This document shows, piece after piece, positions 7,799 through 10,266 of a stretch of 10,266 nt of DNA. This DNA comes from a bacterium (GTDB lineage: Bacteria > Hinthialibacterota > Hinthialibacteria > Hinthialibacterales > Hinthialibacteraceae), in the NCBI GenBank assembly GCA_041946805.1, contig JBHGBC010000198.1:1-10266 (forward strand). Direction: 5' to 3'. The position numbers were made by a program, and so were the translations under genes. The notes under the pieces are model-generated. The model made no database searches and was not told where the DNA came from. It saw nothing but the letters and a program-made list of their open reading frames with translations. The first letter of the stretch is position 1. Each line of letters opens with the position of its first letter.

Positions 7799-7826
7799 AT
7801 GAGGGCGGACACCCAGGTCCGCTCAT
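7799..7826. repeat. REP-like hairpin ATGAGGGCGGAC-ACCCAG-GTCCGCTCAT
   Basis: GCGGAC/GTCCGC stem extended by ATGA/TCAT with a 2-nt bulge. Confidence 0.55.
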
Positions 7827-7831
7827 ACAAA

Positions 7832-7872
7832 AATTCCCTCACCCTACTCCTCTCCCGGAGGGAGAGGGAATT
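7832..7872. repeat. CCCTCACCC...CCTCTCCC-GGA-GGGAGAGGG-type extragenic palindrome
   Basis: CCTCTCCC(7849-7856)/GGGAGAGG(7860-7867) perfect stem, with alternative pairing AATTCCCTC/GAGGGAATT. Matches a widespread bacterial intergenic repeat pattern (from recognition, not a search). Confidence 0.6.
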
Positions 7873-7961
7873 GGTGTTGATCTCTCAGACCAGCCCCATG
7901 GGATACTGGTTACGCCTTCTTACAATATGCACGCACTCACCGGATGAACCTGTTTCCAGTT

Positions 7962-8005
7962 CCCAGGGCGTTGCCCCGGGCTAGCATCGGGCGCGCCGTT
8001 GGCGC
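7962..8005. repeat. REP-like double hairpin CCCAGGGC-GTT-GCCCCGGG ... GCGCC-GTT-GGCGC
   Basis: Two adjacent GC-rich stems, both with GTT loops, downstream of the pilin gene stop at 8059. Confidence 0.6.
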
Positions 8006-8058
8006 TTGAAACTACATTACGGCCTATCGGCGCATCGTACTGAAAATCATCTCACTTC

Positions 8059-8724
8059 TCACGTCCCGCTGGGCGCGTTGATTTCCTTCTCGGTGGCGCG
8101 TCCGGGGCCGTACAGATAAATGTTGCCCATGCTGATCACTCCGTTGCTGGCCTGGTACGAGATCAACCAGTTCCAGCGCGGCCCGCTGTTGTTGGGGTGA
8201 TAGAACAGCTGGTCCGGCCCCACCGAGCACAAGTACCACATGTAGCGCATTTCGGGGTCGTAATTCTCCCACCAGGCGCTGCCCGTTCCACCGCAGGTCT
8301 CACGGTCGTGGTAAATATAATTGTAGGGCGGAGGATAGTTGGCGCCGTGGTTGGTCTCCTTGCCCTGGGTCATGAAGGGATCCCAGAGAACCGCGTTGCC
8401 GATATACGACACCGGCGTGGTGAGTTTCTTGAGGCCGTATTTCCCCAGATCGTTGAAGCCGTTCAACATGAAAGGGGGATACTTGTTGTGATCCAGGTTG
8501 TACATATCGAGAGCCATGCCGATGGCGGCGATATCCCCCTGCACGCGGGCCACCAGGGCGCGGATGCGGGCGTTCATGAAGTTGGGGACGGCGATGGCCG
8601 CCAAAACCCCGATGATGGCCACCACGATCAGCAGCTCGATCAGCGTGAATCCCTTGGGAACCGGTCCGCCCGGACCGGTCTTCCGGGATGGCATGCCGGA
8701 TAGCGCCAGAGTTTTTGTACTCAT
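8059..8724 (-). CDS. Prepilin-type N-terminal cleavage/methylation protein, GspG/type IV pilin-like (221 aa)
   Basis: 25-aa leader ending KG|FTLIELLIVVAIIGVLAAIAVP. GGAG RBS. Also LTTPVSY..DPF and SVGPD...YQASNGVISMGNI. Confidence 0.9.
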   Translation of the reverse strand: MSTKTLALSGMPSRKTGPGGPVPKGFTLIELLIVVAIIGVLAAIAVPNFMNARIRALVARVQGDIAAIGMALDMYNLDHNKYPPFMLNGFNDLGKYGLKKLTTPVSYIGNAVLWDPFMTQGKETNHGANYPPPYNYIYHDRETCGGTGSAWWENYDPEMRYMWYLCSVGPDQLFYHPNNSGPRWNWLISYQASNGVISMGNIYLYGPGRATEKEINAPSGT

Positions 8725-8770
8725 TGTGAGGTTCTCCGTACGGCGGAAAAAGAGAGGTATCGGTGACCGG

Positions 8771-10168
8771 TCAATACAGCGGCCACTCGATTACCGGCGC
8801 CCCGTTCATCGGCGCCTTGAAATGCGTTTGGATGGTTTCCGCGGTCAACGCGTAGTCATACATCGCCACTTCGTCGATATATCCGTTAAAGTTAGCACCC
8901 AAATCCGCGCCACCGACGACGACCAGATTGCCGGCGCCCGGCGCGGCCACGCCGTCATGCTCCAACGCCAGTTCTCCGTCAAGATAGAAGCGCATCTGGC
9001 CGGCGTCCATATCATTGACGGCCGCCAAATGATACCAGCGGTCGGTCTGATTGGGGATTGTCACCAGCGGACGGGCTCCGCCTTCGAGGAAAAAGAATTC
9101 CAACGCGTCCGGATTGTAGGCATAAATCACGGCATGTTGCGAGCCGGTGGGATTCCGGAACAGAATATACGATTGGACGCTTGCAAAAATGCAATTGATC
9201 CACATTTCATAGGTAAAGGATTCGATGTTGTCGTAGAGTATCTCGGCCTGATTGTTCAGCACGCGGGAGAAGAGAGCCCTATTGGGAGCGCCGCCGGGAC
9301 CATCCACATAATTGGCTCCGGTGGGCACCAAATTGTAGAGGTTCATTTCATCCTTGAAATTGTTTTCGAAGCGCCAATAGACGAGAGGAGCCGCCGTCTT
9401 GATGACCCCGGGATAGCCGTCCGGCAGCGCGGCTTGGAAGTGCTGAGTCACTTCGCTGGCGCTCAGCGTGCGGTCATAGATGGCTACTTCATCCACATAG
9501 CCGTTCATGATCAATCCTTCCGGATTGCTGCGCGAGGAACCGATATACACTACATCCTGGTTGCCTCCAAAAATGGGTTCCAAAAATGCCTCCCCTTCAA
9601 AGACGGCAACTCCGTCCACATACAAGACATTGGTGGCGGCGTCGTACTTGCTGGTCAGGACGATATGATGCCAGGCGTCGGTTTGATTCGGCAATTCGGC
9701 GGATGGAGCCTCGGGCGCGGATCCCGCTCCGGTGTATTCGAAGAATAGTTTTCCTCCTCCATAACGAATCCGGTGTGTGCCGGAACCGGGATCTCCATTT
9801 GTAAGCGCCTGACGTTCGAAAATGACTTTGCCTTCATTGTCTCCCGCCAGATTGATCCACAATTCGTAGGTGAAATCATTTAATCCGCTCAGTTTTTCAA
9901 CGCCGAACTGAGCCGCCCAGGCTGTTCCTCCGTTAGACGAGAACGCCAAATGGCCGCCATGGGGACCATTCACAAACGCGGGGGTTCCCGGTGACATGAG
10001 ATCCAAATTGCCTTGGGCGTCGGTCAGATCGTTGCTGAAGCGCCAATAGACCAGGGGATGATCCGCGCTCACCCGTTCCGGGTAGGTTTGCGCGAAACCA
10101 GCTGAAACGGAGACTGCCCAACCAATGATTCCACAGAAAAACAATTTGCGGCAATGGTACATTTTCAT
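8771..10168 (-). CDS. Secreted protein with two tandem LamG-like (concanavalin A-like lectin/glucanase) domains (465 aa)
   Basis: Start moved to MKMYHC (GGAGG RBS). Sec signal ending ..AGFA|Q. Internal duplication YP..PLVYWRF / FTYE.WIN / W.H / LY.DG-FYLDG / GY.DEVA.YD..L....HF. Confidence 0.85.
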   Translation of the reverse strand: MKMYHCRKLFFCGIIGWAVSVSAGFAQTYPERVSADHPLVYWRFSNDLTDAQGNLDLMSPGTPAFVNGPHGGHLAFSSNGGTAWAAQFGVEKLSGLNDFTYELWINLAGDNEGKVIFERQALTNGDPGSGTHRIRYGGGKLFFEYTGAGSAPEAPSAELPNQTDAWHHIVLTSKYDAATNVLYVDGVAVFEGEAFLEPIFGGNQDVVYIGSSRSNPEGLIMNGYVDEVAIYDRTLSASEVTQHFQAALPDGYPGVIKTAAPLVYWRFENNFKDEMNLYNLVPTGANYVDGPGGAPNRALFSRVLNNQAEILYDNIESFTYEMWINCIFASVQSYILFRNPTGSQHAVIYAYNPDALEFFFLEGGARPLVTIPNQTDRWYHLAAVNDMDAGQMRFYLDGELALEHDGVAAPGAGNLVVVGGADLGANFNGYIDEVAMYDYALTAETIQTHFKAPMNGAPVIEWPLY

Positions 10169-10194
10169 GACAAATTCCTCCAGTTGATTTTTTC

Positions 10195-10252
10195 GGTTCA
10201 TCCGGCAAGTGCGTACCTCCGGCGCGATAGGCCCAGGGTTAAAACCCTGGGC
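10195..10252. repeat. Left end of a second IR-type element plus REP-like palindrome GCCCAGGGTT-AA-AACCCTGGGC
   Basis: 10195-10218 is 22/24 identical to 7744-7767. 10231-10252 is a perfect 10-bp stem related to the hairpin at 7962-7980. Confidence 0.6.
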
Positions 10253-10266
10253 TGCTGGAAAGCCGT

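Larger units (their letters stand above)
7744..7950. mobile_element. 207-bp non-coding element bounded by inverted repeats (MITE/REPIN-like)
   Basis: GGTTCATCCGG (7744-7754) / CCGGATGAACC (7940-7950) perfect 11-bp IR, extending to 18/22. A third copy lies at 10195-10218. No clear target-site duplication. Confidence 0.55.

Noticed and set aside
7700..8050. CRISPR array or small ORFs (7641-7826, 7738-7947, 7799-7984) in the repeat-rich gap
   Set aside because: No regularly spaced identical repeats. The ORFs translate palindromic repeat DNA and lack RBS.
458..8724. Shufflon or integron model (recombinase rearranging pilin cassettes)
   Set aside because: All pilins are full length with their own starts and the same orientation. 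No sfx-like or attC-like sites flank each gene, and I see no IntI-specific insertion in the integrase.
4988..8724. Diversity-generating retroelement acting on the pilins
   Set aside because: No reverse transcriptase and no template/variable repeat pair differing at adenines in the window.
6377..9748. Long plus-strand ORFs (6377-7651, 8197-8703, 8498-9748), and likewise 854-1768, 2817-3413, 4147-4884, 4967-5575
   Set aside because: Antisense shadows of well-supported genes in GC-rich DNA, with no motifs or RBS.
4927..10201. Longer ORF-track starts at 5010, 6313, 7732 and 10201
   Set aside because: Downstream ATGs at 4926, 6202, 7666 and 10168 have clear SD sequences and place the signal peptides at the N-terminus. 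The extensions overlap another gene, intergenic DNA or repeats.

Overview
GC-rich bacterial window. The left end holds the first 7 codons of a minus-strand gene, a tRNA with a CAT anticodon (Ile2-type, 151-224) and an intact tyrosine integrase (458-1600) preceded by arm-site-like repeats, with no other mobility genes and no visible attR. The rest (1611-10168) is a co-oriented minus-strand cluster. In transcription order it reads: secreted tandem-LamG (ConA-like) protein, GspG/type-IV-pilin-like gene, repeat-rich gap, Tat-exported Gfo/Idh/MocA oxidoreductase, two more pilin-like genes, second Tat Gfo/Idh/MocA, SIS-domain sugar isomerase, GH42-like TIM-barrel protein. The most notable signal is three pilin paralogs with constant-variable-constant architecture interleaved with sugar-processing genes and no pilus/T2SS machinery or transporter, a candidate pilin-associated glycan-utilisation locus. 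Also noted: a short C-terminal VxxWxLY tail on the LamG protein, and a 207-bp inverted-repeat-bounded element whose end motif recurs upstream of the LamG gene. The pilin style suggests a Sumerlaeota/OLB16-like lineage (inference only, not verified).
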